Positions 34,847 to 43,097 of a stretch of DNA of 64,000 nt are shown piece by piece (the stretch's first letter is position 1; each line of letters starts with the position of its first letter). The stretch covers positions 4,802 to 68,801 of the IMG/VR virus record IMGVR_UViG_3300045741_000389; one strand, given 5' to 3'. A model generated the notes under the pieces. That model was given only the letters and a program-made list of their open reading frames with translations. It had not been told where the DNA came from and ran no database searches. This DNA comes from a virus. Made by a program: the position numbers and the translations under genes.

Positions 34847-35542
34847 ATGAAAGACTTCGGTGCCTGGTTCAACGAGCTGCAGCCTCCGCCCGGGGTGCAG
34901 CAGGCCGAGCAGACGCGCGCGGCGCAGGGTGCGGCGAGCTGGGTCGTCAACGACCCCTACCTCAGTGTCGACGCACTGATGGGTGGCTGCTTGGCGCCGG
35001 GTCAGCTCATTTCCTGCGTGGCGCAGCAGCAGCAGTACGATCTGTTCTTTCAGCCGCAGACGCCTCGACCCCGCGAGCGCGCGCACGTGGTACTGCACGG
35101 CGACGCGCTCAGCCCGCAGGTGTTCAACGAGGAATGCACCTTCGACGACGTCAGCCGCTGGCTGCAGCGCGCAGTGGCGCAGCGCTGGGAGGTCTACCCG
35201 ATGGACATGGTCAGCGCGAGCCAGCCCATGAAGGTCCCCAGCGGCTGCCCCGTCGAGGTGCACGCCCAGACCTTCGGGCTGCTCACGGCGCTCGATAACG
35301 CCAAGCAGGCCACGTCCTGGGCCGCGCTGCAGCTGGCGCAACGTCTCTGGGGTGATTTGCAGAACGCGTGGCCCGTGGGCATGTTGGTGCTGTGGCGCAC
35401 GCGGCCGCAGGTCCTCTACGACAAGTTGACTGGTCATCTTGGCATCCGGCTGCGTCTGGCAGGCTGGCAGCCACCCCAGAGCGGATGCCGCGTGCACGTT
35501 GCCGAAGGCGAACGCTTCCCCACCATCAAGGACCTCGCATGA
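34847..35542 (+). CDS. Hypothetical protein
   Basis: Starts just after the TerL stop; coupled to the next gene. Confidence 0.65.
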   Translation: MKDFGAWFNELQPPPGVQQAEQTRAAQGAASWVVNDPYLSVDALMGGCLAPGQLISCVAQQQQYDLFFQPQTPRPRERAHVVLHGDALSPQVFNEECTFDDVSRWLQRAVAQRWEVYPMDMVSASQPMKVPSGCPVEVHAQTFGLLTALDNAKQATSWAALQLAQRLWGDLQNAWPVGMLVLWRTRPQVLYDKLTGHLGIRLRLAGWQPPQSGCRVHVAEGERFPTIKDLA

Positions 35543-35808
35543 CCACTCCTAGCATCGGTCGTACCGTCATCTATCGCTGGAACCAATCGACCAACGGCGC
35601 TGACCGACACCCTGCCGTGATCACGCGCGTGTGGGGGCCTGCGATGGTCAACCTGATGGTTTTCTTCGACGCCGCTGTACCACGCCCTGAGACCTCGGTC
35701 ACGCTATTCAACGATGAGTGGGAAGCGGACGAGTACATCAAGCAGCGGCTCGAGCACGAAGGGCCAAGCGCCGCGTACCGTTGCGCACACTTCCCGACGA
35801 AGGTGTGA
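35539..35808 (+). CDS. Conserved small phage protein
   Basis: PSIGRTVIY..PAVITRVW..VNL.VF.D motif. Confidence 0.72.
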   Translation: MTTPSIGRTVIYRWNQSTNGADRHPAVITRVWGPAMVNLMVFFDAAVPRPETSVTLFNDEWEADEYIKQRLEHEGPSAAYRCAHFPTKV

Positions 35809-35810
35809 CC

Positions 35811-35876
35811 ATGAATGTCTTCTGGGCCTTCGTGCTCATCCTCTTCCTCGGCTGGCTCAACGACGTACTGTCATGA
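35811..35876 (+). CDS. 21-aa hydrophobic micro-peptide
   Basis: MNVFWAFVLILFLGWLNDVLS; AAGGTG upstream; ATGA overlap with the next gene; fills the gap exactly. Confidence 0.55.
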   Translation: MNVFWAFVLILFLGWLNDVLS

Positions 35877-36379
35877 CCTCCGTGCGCGTCCCCGGCTCGC
35901 TGAGCGCCATGGGCTACCTGGGGTGCTTCACCCCGGCCACGCTTCCGTTGGCTTCGAACTACCCGCTGCAGTTCGTGTTCATCGAGAAGACGGCAGGCTC
36001 TTCGCTCGGTGACTTCTACTACTCCGACGGCGTGCGCTGGGTGTCGGCCACGGGCCTGGCCTTCGCGTGGCGTGACACCGCACTAACTTCGGAGACGTTG
36101 GGCACCTCGGACCTGAACAACGGCATCAACTTCACTGCTGGCAGCGCCGTGACGCTGACGATACCGAACGACTCAGTGCTCACCACGGCGCAGGACGGCG
36201 ACTCGGTGCTGCTGCTGCAGAGCGGCGCAGCGCAGGTCAGCGTGGCAGCGGGCGCAGGCACCACGCTGCTGGTGCGCACCGCGCTGGGTGGATCGAAGAC
36301 GGCTGGGCAGTACGCAATCGCAACGCTGATCAAGAAGGGCGCCAGCACCTGGGTGCTCTGCGGGGACATCAGCGGATGA
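35873..36379 (+). CDS. Virion appendage/fibre-associated protein
   Basis: AVTLTIP..LLQSGAAQVSV..GQYA.ATLIK..WVL.GD beta-sandwich motif common in fibre modules. Confidence 0.6.
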   Translation: MTSVRVPGSLSAMGYLGCFTPATLPLASNYPLQFVFIEKTAGSSLGDFYYSDGVRWVSATGLAFAWRDTALTSETLGTSDLNNGINFTAGSAVTLTIPNDSVLTTAQDGDSVLLLQSGAAQVSVAAGAGTTLLVRTALGGSKTAGQYAIATLIKKGASTWVLCGDISG

Positions 36380-37107
36380 ACGGGCTGGCGACTCGGGCCG
36401 GTGCACGCATCCCCCACGCGGGGGACCGCTATGGCTCGGACGTCATCCTACTCTGGCACGGCGAGGGCACGAATGGCGGCACGACGATCACCGACTCGTC
36501 GCTGTTCAACCACAACCCGCCGACGACGCAGATCGCAGTCACCACCAGCACCACGCAGTTCAAGTACGGGTTGGCTTCAGCTGCGTTCAACGCGGGGAGC
36601 GGCAGCTTCGCCGAGTACACCGCCACCAGCGAGTGGCTCGACGGCACGAAGGACTGGACCAAGGAGGGGTGGATCTACCCCACGGCGGTCGACGCCACGC
36701 GGCGCAGCATCTTCGACTTCCGCTTCGATGGCTCGGGCAGCGGCACCGCGTTTGCCATGGACTTCATCGCTGGCGCGTTGCGCTTCGAGATTGGAGTGGG
36801 GAGCAGCCTCTTCAGTATCACCGGCACCGCTCCCACCGTCAACACCTGGCAGCACGTGGCCTTCGTACGCGACGGCAACTCGCTGCGCTACTACCTGAAC
36901 GGTGTGCAGCAGGCGTCTCGCAGCGACCTGGCCGGGGGCTCCATGAACGACAAGTCGGCGACCGCCAAGGTGCGCATCGGTCGCCGCAACGACGGTGCAC
37001 AGAACTACGATGGATGGATGGACGAGGTGCGCTTCACTCGTAACATCTGCCGCTACCCCGGAGGTACCACCTTCACCCCGCCGAGCGGGCCATTCCCTAA
37101 TCCATGA
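36376..37107 (+). CDS. LamG/concanavalin A-like carbohydrate-binding protein
   Basis: DWT.EGWIY, NTWQHVAFVRDG..YLNG, G.MDEVRFT..RY. Confidence 0.85.
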   Translation: MNGLATRAGARIPHAGDRYGSDVILLWHGEGTNGGTTITDSSLFNHNPPTTQIAVTTSTTQFKYGLASAAFNAGSGSFAEYTATSEWLDGTKDWTKEGWIYPTAVDATRRSIFDFRFDGSGSGTAFAMDFIAGALRFEIGVGSSLFSITGTAPTVNTWQHVAFVRDGNSLRYYLNGVQQASRSDLAGGSMNDKSATAKVRIGRRNDGAQNYDGWMDEVRFTRNICRYPGGTTFTPPSGPFPNP

Positions 37108-37334
37108 TCGCTATGACCAGCATGACCAGCAACCCAGACAGTGGGGCGTTACCCTTGGACGGCGCGCCAGACCTCAACGAAGACGAGCGTCTGGCGTTGC
37201 GCCGGCTGCTACGTGACCAGGAACGCAACACCTGGGCGCTGCGTCAGGCGCGGTGGATTGTGCCCGTTATTGTCAGCATGGTGATCGGCGTCTATCACTT
37301 CATTGACTGGTTGGTCAAGCACTACAAGCCATGA
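37104..37334 (+). CDS. Small single-TM protein (holin-like)
   Basis: C-terminal WIVPVIVSMVIGVYHFIDWLV helix. Confidence 0.45.
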   Translation: MIAMTSMTSNPDSGALPLDGAPDLNEDERLALRRLLRDQERNTWALRQARWIVPVIVSMVIGVYHFIDWLVKHYKP

Positions 37335-38047
37335 GCATGCCCAAGATCTACGCCTTGTGGGCGCTGCGCCTGATCCTCGTTGTGTTGGTGCTTGCGCTGC
37401 TGCTACCGTTGCATGCGTTGGCATGGTGCACGATGCCGCCGCCGGCCAATCCGTCTCCCCTTCCGCCCGTGCAAGTCGCGTTCAGCCCCGTCATGTGCTG
37501 GCCGTCTGCGGCGGGCATCAGTGGCAGCGGGCGCGGTTACCTGCAGAAGGACATCCCTGCCGTGCCCGGCGCCACCGCGATGGGTGGATCGGCGTGGGGG
37601 TGGTGGTGCCAGAAACCCGACCTCACATGGGCACCGCAGAGCATTGCGTGCCTGGACAAGTATTGCCCGGCCACCGCACTTGTTGCAGTGCGATCCGCGC
37701 TGGCGGCCTCGTCTCCCGGTGCCGCTGTGCAGGCGATGATCGACACCTATTCGGTCAAGGTCACTGACTGGTCCGAGATCAACGACTACAACTGCCTGCA
37801 TGTGAACATGCTGGCGGCGCTGCAGGCCACGAAGCCCGACGCTGCTGCGCCGACCGTCTACAAGGTGCCTCCGGGTGGTAGTGCAGTCTACCCTCTGGTG
37901 AACGGCAAGCCGGGGTTGGCAATCGCTGGCAAGCGCGCGCCGGGCAGCGCACTGTGCGGGACGCCGCTGGTGGCCGCATACGGGTTCACCTACGGACCCT
38001 ACACGGGCAGTGCACCCAACGAGGTGGCGGTCTGCCAGAAGCAATGA
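37331..38047 (+). CDS. Secreted Cys-rich protein
   Basis: Signal peptide ending LHALA; 8 Cys. Confidence 0.65.
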   Translation: MSMPKIYALWALRLILVVLVLALLLPLHALAWCTMPPPANPSPLPPVQVAFSPVMCWPSAAGISGSGRGYLQKDIPAVPGATAMGGSAWGWWCQKPDLTWAPQSIACLDKYCPATALVAVRSALAASSPGAAVQAMIDTYSVKVTDWSEINDYNCLHVNMLAALQATKPDAAAPTVYKVPPGGSAVYPLVNGKPGLAIAGKRAPGSALCGTPLVAAYGFTYGPYTGSAPNEVAVCQKQ

Positions 38048-38436
38048 ACGTCGATATCACGATCAACCACGTGGTCACTGCGCCGGGGCTCGAGGCGCTG
38101 CTGACTTCTTTCAATCTCGGGCTGCAAGGACTTCGCATGGACATCGCTACCCTCACCACCCAACTGCAGGCTGCTGCTGCCGAACTGAAGACAGCCAACG
38201 CCACGCTCGGTGCCACCAACCTCGTGCTCGACAAGGTCACCGACGAGGAGACCGGCCTGTTGGTCAAGATCCAGACTCTGACCGATCTGCTGGGTACCGC
38301 GCAGACCCTGCCGCCCGAGACCCAGGCTGCGTTGGCCGATGTGGTCACCACCGTCGCTGACATCAAGGCCAGCGTCGCCGCCAACGCGGCCAAGGCCGGC
38401 GCCGCCGACGCCCTGGTGCCCGACACGCCGGTCTGA
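38044..38436 (+). CDS. Coiled-coil hypothetical protein
   Basis: ATGA-coupled; Ala/Thr/Leu-rich helix. Confidence 0.65.
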   Translation: MNVDITINHVVTAPGLEALLTSFNLGLQGLRMDIATLTTQLQAAAAELKTANATLGATNLVLDKVTDEETGLLVKIQTLTDLLGTAQTLPPETQAALADVVTTVADIKASVAANAAKAGAADALVPDTPV

Positions 38437-38450
38437 GCGAGTGAGCTGAG

Positions 38451-41400
38451 ATGCCCAGCAAGAGCGCCGCGCAGCACCGCTTGATGGAAGCGGTAGCCCA
38501 TGACCCTGGCTTCGCCAAACGGGTGGGCATCTCACAGTCTGTGGGGCGTGATTTTGCTGCGGCGGACCGAGCGCGCGGCTACGCAGGTGGTGGACTGGTT
38601 GAAAGCGCGCTCGAAGCGCTGGCCAAGATGCGCCGCGCGGAGCCGTTGGCAGCCGAAGCCGGCGCCACTGCGCTCAAGCTCCCGCCCAAGGAGTCTGCCG
38701 GTGCGCTGACGCAGCTGCTGCGCTCGCTGCCCGAGCGTGCAGGAAAGCTGGCCGCTGAAGGAGTCAGGCGCGGCGTTGAGGAAGGTCGGGGACCGCTGGC
38801 GGCGCTCAGGACCACGGTGGCGCCCCACTACGCGGTGAGGCCCAAGGGTGGCAACTTCAACGACCTGAACCTCGGCACGTATCTGGGCAACGAGGACATG
38901 CGTGTCCCCGAGACCAAGTACGACCCTCCGTGGGGCACACACACCAACATCACACTCGGCGAAGGCGGCACTCGCAGCAAGTCCACCTCTGCCTGGGCCG
39001 AGACGCAGCTGGCCAACTACCTGCGCAAGGAGATTGGCAGCCCTTCGGACCCGCTGCTTCAGGTGGAGAAGGAGTACCCAGGGCTGCACCTTCCGCCCGA
39101 CGCGCTCGAGCCGGGCAGCACTTCGCACCGTGATGCGGAGCATGTGAATCGAACAATCGACGCTCTCAAATCCAGCAATTACATGCCTGTCAATGGGCGC
39201 TACGATGCGCACGCCAAGTCTCACATGGGGCTGACGGGCGAGCCGCTGACGCCGTGGGGGCGTTACAGCGACATCAGCCTGAAGTCGGAGTATCCCGACC
39301 AACACCTGATGAACGACGTGAGCCAAGCGATGGACACGGGGACGTACCCGGAGGACATGGGTTGGCAGGCTGAGCGTCACCTGAAGCTGAACAGTACGCC
39401 GGCTGCGCAACTGCAAGAGCTGCTCAAGAATCCTGAGAACGCCTTCCTGAAGAAGTACGAGTGGCTGATCAACGCGGATCCCAAGACGAAGATCTGGGGT
39501 CTGCGCAACGAGAGCACCGACTCGCTGGGCTTCAGCCACGTGCTGGATTACCTTGAAGCGGCCCAACTGGCGCACGGCATGGGGAAGCAAGTAGCGCCCG
39601 AAGCGTTGCAGTTGCTGCGAAACGACCCCAACGCGCTGCGCGACGTAGGTCCTCAGGTTGGCAACGCGCTTCGTCTTCACGACGCGGGTCTTTCCATCGA
39701 CCCCGACAGCCTGAAGCGCCTCTCCGTCGCCGACGCAGTGCGCAGGACTGCGCAGTGGAACGAAATTCTGGCCAATCAAGGCATTCAAGGCAACGCGGAC
39801 CTTGCGCGTGGCATTGCCAGGGTTCACAAGGAGTACCCTGAGGGCATGCGTTGGGTGGAGCTGGGCAAGCCAGAGACGAAGGAGCTGCCTGAAGGCTACA
39901 AGGTGGTGGAGTACACGCCAGGGCGGTTCGCTGTGCAGAGCCCGGTTAACGGATATATCACGGCTGCGGATACAGCTGAGGAGGCCCTTAAGCGTGGTCT
40001 AGAACACATCGCTGAGCAGGATCTGGAAGTCGGCCTCAACGCCGAGGGCTCCGCAATGGGCCACTGTGTGGGCGGCTACTGCGACGATGTGGCCAGTCGA
40101 GGCACGAAGATCTACTCGCTGCGCGATAAGAACAACAACCCGCACGTGACGGTGGAGGTGCGAGGTGGTCGCCCAGAGACGCAGCCTGAGATGGAAGAAC
40201 TGGACGACTTCATCGGGTTGAACTCGCCCTACGAGCGCGAAGCTCAGGCTCGGCTGGGCGACGACGCCAAGCCTATCGACTGGCTGCGTGACGTGGCTGC
40301 CAACCACCCCTTTCCCATCACTCGGCGTGATGCTGCAGACAGGTTGAAGCAGTACGAAGCACAACCTGCGAACATCATACAGATCAAGGGCAAGTCCAAC
40401 GCCGCGCCGGTGGAGAAGTACCTCCCGTACGTCCAGGACTTTGTGAAGAGTGGGCAGTGGGGCCGTGTGGGTGATCTGCAGAACAGTGGACTTAACCACG
40501 TGGCAGACTCGGCGACACTTGGGCCGTTGACGATCAAGCCGGGTTATTACACTGACGCTGAGCTGGCCGACCTGGCGCGTCAGTCAAACACCAACGCCAC
40601 GCCGGAAGGGATTCAGAACTGGGTTGATATGGTCAAGCGGCGCGGGCGGGTCGGCTTCGCCGAAGGTGGCTCAGTGCCCAGCCTCGAAGAGCTGCGCGCT
40701 CGGGGCGAAGAGACCGCACGCAATCGGCAATCTCCCGGTCTGCTGAACACGCTCAAGTTCCTGGCTGATTCCGTCACCAACGTCGGCCGTGGCGTGGTCG
40801 GCGCCACCGGGGGCATGCCTGGTGAGCTTGAGCGCCTGGGCGTGGCGGCTGGGCACTACGCAGCGGCGCCGAAGCATCCTGAAGGCCGCATTGCCGGCGC
40901 GCTCGAAGCGTTGCACAAGGCGGGTCAGGACAAGATGCTTTTCCCGTCGATCAGTGAGGTCACTCACGCACTACCCCAGGGTACGCGGCTGCTGGGCGCT
41001 CCGGAGCCCGAGTACAACGCTCTCACCTCCCTCGGCGAATTCGCCCCTTTGCCCCCTGCTGCTGCTTACCGAGCGGTCAAGCCAGTAGTCGGCGCTGCGG
41101 GCAAGCTAGCTGCTGAGGGGATCAGGCGAGGCGTCGAGGAAGGACGCGGACCGCTTGGGTTGCTTCAAAAGACTTTGTCACCCAACTACGCCATAAGACC
41201 CAGGGGCGGCAACTACCACGACAAGTCGCTCGACACCTACCTCGGCCACATCATGCCCGAGGGCGCTGGGCCGGACGACCCCACCAACAAGTGGCTGCTG
41301 ACTCAGCTGCGCAACTACATTCGCAAGGATCTGGGCTCGCCGACCGACCCGCTGCTGCAGGTTGAGAAGGAGTATCCGAATCTGCATCTGCCTGAAGGTC

Positions 41401-43094
41401 AGTTGGCAGTGGATTTCGACATAGAGCACATCAATCAGGTGCTCGCTGGCCGTGCTCGCCCGCGCAGCCCGACACTAAAACGAATTGCAAATGAGCACAA
41501 AGCGCTGACCACTGAGCCGATGACGCCGTGGGGCATGCACAGCACGGCCGAGAGCGCAATCTATCGCTCGCCGTACAGCTACGCGGAGAACTCAACAGGC
41601 GCGCTGAGCGACTATGCAGAGTATCTACCAGGCAGCCCTTTGCGCAAGCAAGTAGAAGCTCAGAAAGACCCTGCCGCAACGGAAGCTTTCATTCAGGAAG
41701 CACTGAGCAACGCGAAAGAGAACGGCGACAACTTGCCTGAGTGGTTGCTTCGTGCGCCGGAGGAGACCAAGTTCTACGGGATCAACGACCCGTATGAAGA
41801 CACGCTGGGCTTCGGTCACGTGAAGGACTACCTGCAGGCGGCGCAGGCGCCGTACAGGCAACTTCGCAGGCTTGACTTGCACAACGAGACTGACCAAGAA
41901 CTTGTCGATATGGTGCGTCAGGAAGGCCGCCAGGCGATGCTGCCTTTCCCTCCGCGAGACATGGAGCAGTGGCAGCAGTTGATGCACTCCGGGCTCGATT
42001 TGGAGCCCGAGCAGCTCAACAGGCTGTCCGTCGCCGACGCCGTGCGCCGCACCGCCCAGTGGAACGAGCTGCTGGCCAATCAAGGTCAGGCGAACGAGGA
42101 CTTGGCCCGGGGCATCACTCGTGTGCACAAGGAGTACCCTGAGGGCATGCGGTGGGTGGAGTTGGGGCAGCCGACGCTGACCGAGCTTCCTGACCGCATG
42201 GAGGTTCAGCCGGTGCAGCAGGGCGGCTACACCGTTGGTAAGAAGGGCGAGAAACCACCCATTGCCGCATCAATCACGCATCAAACGCCGGAGGAGGCTG
42301 TCCAGAACTGGCTGAGCCGCTACGGCAAGAACTTCGCGCGTGAGGAACTCAACGCTGGCCTCAACGCCGAGGGTCAAGCGATGGGCCACTGCGCCGGGAC
42401 CTACTGCGACGATGTGGCCAGTCGAGGCACGAAGATCTACTCGCTGCGCGATAAGAACAACAACCCTCACGTGACGATGGAGGTGAGGCCTGGTCAAGTG
42501 AAGGTCCGTAACGCCGATCTTTGGAAGTACGCCTCGCCTGAAGAGCGGTCTCAGTTGTTGAATCAATACCCCGGGGTTGATTGGGAGAATTCAGAAGGCA
42601 CAATCGGCCAGGCTACTCGCTGGGTGCAGAACAACATGCCTGAGCTTTACAAGCAGACGGTCACCTCGCTTGGAGAGCCTGTACACGACATCATCCAAAT
42701 CAAGGGCAAGTCCAACGCCGCGCCGGTGGAGAAATATCTCCCTTACGTCCAGGACTTTGTGAAGAGTGGGCAGTGGGGCAGAGTGGGGGAGCTGAGCAAC
42801 GCTGGACTGGTCGACATAGGGAACTGGAAAAGTAGTCTCCTCGGAACTGACCGAGGGATCGCCGACCGAGCTGCTGTCGAGCGGTCCTGGGCTCATCTAT
42901 TCGAGCCGCTTGGCCGATATCCTCAGGCAAACCAGCTGGACGAGATCGCGAAGCAGCTGGGAATGCCCAACAACAGGTATCGGTTCGACGAGCTGGCTGA
43001 CTATCTCAGCAAGTTCCAGATTCCAGACAGCTACGCCACTGGCGGCTCGGTGCAGCCGGTGGTAAGATCCTGGCCGTTTCCCCTCGGGAGTTGA
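38451..43094 (+). CDS. Large polyvalent protein with two PcfJ-like modules (internal duplication)
   Basis: Two copies of LNAEG.AMGHC.G.YC..IYSLRD..PHVT.EV..I.QIKGKSN; gene lies between terminase and portal. Confidence 0.8.
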   Translation: MPSKSAAQHRLMEAVAHDPGFAKRVGISQSVGRDFAAADRARGYAGGGLVESALEALAKMRRAEPLAAEAGATALKLPPKESAGALTQLLRSLPERAGKLAAEGVRRGVEEGRGPLAALRTTVAPHYAVRPKGGNFNDLNLGTYLGNEDMRVPETKYDPPWGTHTNITLGEGGTRSKSTSAWAETQLANYLRKEIGSPSDPLLQVEKEYPGLHLPPDALEPGSTSHRDAEHVNRTIDALKSSNYMPVNGRYDAHAKSHMGLTGEPLTPWGRYSDISLKSEYPDQHLMNDVSQAMDTGTYPEDMGWQAERHLKLNSTPAAQLQELLKNPENAFLKKYEWLINADPKTKIWGLRNESTDSLGFSHVLDYLEAAQLAHGMGKQVAPEALQLLRNDPNALRDVGPQVGNALRLHDAGLSIDPDSLKRLSVADAVRRTAQWNEILANQGIQGNADLARGIARVHKEYPEGMRWVELGKPETKELPEGYKVVEYTPGRFAVQSPVNGYITAADTAEEALKRGLEHIAEQDLEVGLNAEGSAMGHCVGGYCDDVASRGTKIYSLRDKNNNPHVTVEVRGGRPETQPEMEELDDFIGLNSPYEREAQARLGDDAKPIDWLRDVAANHPFPITRRDAADRLKQYEAQPANIIQIKGKSNAAPVEKYLPYVQDFVKSGQWGRVGDLQNSGLNHVADSATLGPLTIKPGYYTDAELADLARQSNTNATPEGIQNWVDMVKRRGRVGFAEGGSVPSLEELRARGEETARNRQSPGLLNTLKFLADSVTNVGRGVVGATGGMPGELERLGVAAGHYAAAPKHPEGRIAGALEALHKAGQDKMLFPSISEVTHALPQGTRLLGAPEPEYNALTSLGEFAPLPPAAAYRAVKPVVGAAGKLAAEGIRRGVEEGRGPLGLLQKTLSPNYAIRPRGGNYHDKSLDTYLGHIMPEGAGPDDPTNKWLLTQLRNYIRKDLGSPTDPLLQVEKEYPNLHLPEGQLAVDFDIEHINQVLAGRARPRSPTLKRIANEHKALTTEPMTPWGMHSTAESAIYRSPYSYAENSTGALSDYAEYLPGSPLRKQVEAQKDPAATEAFIQEALSNAKENGDNLPEWLLRAPEETKFYGINDPYEDTLGFGHVKDYLQAAQAPYRQLRRLDLHNETDQELVDMVRQEGRQAMLPFPPRDMEQWQQLMHSGLDLEPEQLNRLSVADAVRRTAQWNELLANQGQANEDLARGITRVHKEYPEGMRWVELGQPTLTELPDRMEVQPVQQGGYTVGKKGEKPPIAASITHQTPEEAVQNWLSRYGKNFAREELNAGLNAEGQAMGHCAGTYCDDVASRGTKIYSLRDKNNNPHVTMEVRPGQVKVRNADLWKYASPEERSQLLNQYPGVDWENSEGTIGQATRWVQNNMPELYKQTVTSLGEPVHDIIQIKGKSNAAPVEKYLPYVQDFVKSGQWGRVGELSNAGLVDIGNWKSSLLGTDRGIADRAAVERSWAHLFEPLGRYPQANQLDEIAKQLGMPNNRYRFDELADYLSKFQIPDSYATGGSVQPVVRSWPFPLGS
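40076..42466 (+). repeat. 66-bp identical direct repeat within the duplicated module
   Basis: 40076-40141 equals 42401-42466; further near-identical blocks near 39820-39870/42120-42170 and 40383-40462/42699-42779. Confidence 0.85.
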
Positions 43095-43097
43095 CAC

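Noticed and set aside
40076-42466. Diversity-generating retroelement template/variable repeat pair
   Set aside because: No reverse transcriptase is present, both copies are coding, and differences are not adenine-specific.
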